A stretch of 64,000 bases of DNA, from positions 808 through 64,807 of the forward strand of contig MHQP01000009.1 of the NCBI GenBank assembly GCA_001820685.1, in the 5' to 3' direction. The notes beneath the pieces were generated by a model. That model was not told the origin of the DNA. It saw nothing but the letters and a program-made list of their open reading frames with translations, and searched no databases. Both the position numbers and the translations under genes were made by a program. Position 1 is the stretch's first letter. Each line of letters begins with the position of its first letter. The DNA comes from Candidatus Sungbacteria bacterium RIFCSPLOWO2_01_FULL_47_32 (lineage in GTDB: Bacteria; Patescibacteriota; Minisyncoccia; Sungbacterales; GWA2-42-14). Shown one piece after another: positions 62,903 through 64,000 of the stretch.

Positions 62903-63778
62903 CTATGAAATTTTCGTCCACTGCTCGTTTTCCATGCGTTTTACAAGTTTTTTGAGCTCAAGCATGGCAAGTGTTGAAAGAATTTGCGGTGTTGATAAAC
63001 CTGCTTTCAACTTCAGTTCCGCGACCGTGGACGGAGACGCTTCAAGGATTTCAAAAATCGTTTTTTCCTCTCCTTCGAGTGCCTTTTTTTGTTCAATTTT
63101 TCGCGCGGCCGGAAGGTGCTGGAGAGAGAGTTCTTCCAGAATGTCCTCGGCTGACGTTATCGCTTTCGCCCCTCTTTTGATGAGGCCATTTGGACCGGCG
63201 GACTCTTTTGAAAAAATTGAGCCTGGCAGGGCAAATACTTCACGGTCGTGTTCCAAAGCAAATCGTGCGGTAATTAAAGCGCCGGACCTTTCTTTTGCTT
63301 CGATGACGACAACCCCGAGCGAGAGACCCGAAACAATTCTGTTTCGTTCAGGGAAATGGTGCCATAATGGAGGAGTTCCTGCGGGGTATTCCGAAAGAAT
63401 GGCTCCTCCTTTGGTTATGATCTCATCGGCAAGATTTTTATTCTCTCTGGGGAAAATTGACGGCGCGTCAATTCCGGAACCGAGGACCGCAATAGTGCGA
63501 AGGCCGGATTTGAGCGCGGCTTTATGAGCGACGGTATCAATTCCTGACGCAAGTCCGCTTACTATCGTAAGTCCGGCAATTTCCGAAAGCTCGCGCACGA
63601 GTCTTTCGGTTGCTTCAACGCCGTAGCGGGTCGGTTTTCGGGTTCCAACAATTGCAAGGCATTGTTCTTCGGTCTTGAGCGTCCCGCGGACATAGAGAAC
63701 TTCGGGAGACGCGTGGATCTCGTGTAAACGCTTTGGGAAGACCGAATCGGTTTTTTGTATGACACGCATATCAGACAT
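62903..63778 (-). CDS. dprA: DNA processing protein DprA/Smf
   Basis: Rossmann-like CLAIVGTRKPTRYG...SGLASGIDTVAHKAAL...GVVVIEAKERSGALITA. C-terminal winged-helix-like tail. Met 19 of the track ORF. Confidence 0.85.
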   Translation of the reverse strand: MSDMRVIQKTDSVFPKRLHEIHASPEVLYVRGTLKTEEQCLAIVGTRKPTRYGVEATERLVRELSEIAGLTIVSGLASGIDTVAHKAALKSGLRTIAVLGSGIDAPSIFPRENKNLADEIITKGGAILSEYPAGTPPLWHHFPERNRIVSGLSLGVVVIEAKERSGALITARFALEHDREVFALPGSIFSKESAGPNGLIKRGAKAITSAEDILEELSLQHLPAARKIEQKKALEGEEKTIFEILEASPSTVAELKLKAGLSTPQILSTLAMLELKKLVKRMENEQWTKIS

Positions 63779-63904
63779 GAGGACACAATATAATAGAAAG
63801 AAATAATTTGGCAAGAGTGAGCGCCACCACATCTTGTGTGTTTTTCCATTTTATGGTACTTATTGCATCAAGTACATTGAAAATATATTGAGAGAATGGG
63901 CGCC

Positions 63905-64000
63905 ATGAATGCGAAGGCGAAAGACCTGCGCGGGCACTATGAAGTTGAGGAACGACTGAAAAATCAGGGCAACCGAGTTCATTATGAGCTCGTTCATTCC
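63905..64000 (+). CDS. 5' fragment of an unidentified ORF running off the window
   Basis: ATG 63905, then MNAKAKDLRGHYEVEERLKNQGNRVHYELVHS with no stop before the edge. Confidence 0.2.
   Translation, partial: MNAKAKDLRGHYEVEERLKNQGNRVHYELVHS

Noticed and set aside
1-64000. Searched for CRISPR arrays, rRNA, transposase/integrase/recombinase genes and phage structural genes
   Set aside because: No regularly spaced direct repeats with unique spacers. No rRNA-like conserved blocks. No DDE/tyrosine/serine recombinase motifs recognised in any frame. The only tandem repeats are in-frame coding repeats at 56290..56730.

Overview
This 64 kb window is a gene-dense chromosomal segment, roughly 45-50% GC by eye. 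Its content points to a reduced-genome bacterium, probably CPR/Patescibacteria (Parcubacteria-like). Evidence for that: five aminoacyl-tRNA synthetases (ArgS, IleS, GlyRS, MetRS, LeuS), nucleotide-salvage genes (dNK, Dcd, NUDIX), many small secreted proteins and lipoproteins, many ORFans, and almost no biosynthetic pathways. Recognisable housekeeping genes are smpB (cut by the window edge), purF, argS, ileS, recO, glyQS, metG, tatD-like, leuS, glmS, rel, parAB, iscU/iscA, folD, glyA, dcd, tsaC, lnt, yvcK, a standalone GlmU-type acetyltransferase, topA and dprA. There is one tRNA-Leu(CAA). I found no rRNA, CRISPR array, transposase or integrase. Many intrinsic terminators are visible as GC hairpins followed by T-runs. 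The non-standard content, in order of interest:
(1) A glycosylation / lipoprotein-maturation locus (49.7-58.0 kb). It contains a GtrB/Ppm1-like polyprenyl-phosphate glycosyltransferase fused to a ~740 aa extracytoplasmic alpha-helical repeat domain, a PMT/ArnT-like GT-C glycosyltransferase, apolipoprotein N-acyltransferase Lnt, and a 589 aa Ser/Thr/Gly-rich secreted repeat protein.
(2) An IleS carrying a complete histidine-phosphatase (PGAM-like) domain inserted into its zinc-knuckle loop, plus permuted HIGH motifs in IleS and LeuS.
(3) A dispersed ~75-130 bp intergenic element (5-6 copies) with a conserved core flanked by inverted-repeat arms that differ between copies but stay complementary.
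(4) A small promoter / SD / 18-aa hydrophobic ORF / terminator unit between glmS and rel.
(5) AT-rich ORFan islands at 26.0-28.5 kb and downstream of the tRNA-Leu (35.7-40.5 kb).
(6) Several tandem paralog pairs of small secreted, cytoplasmic and Zn-ribbon-like proteins.
All product calls rest on motif recognition done by eye. No database searches were run.
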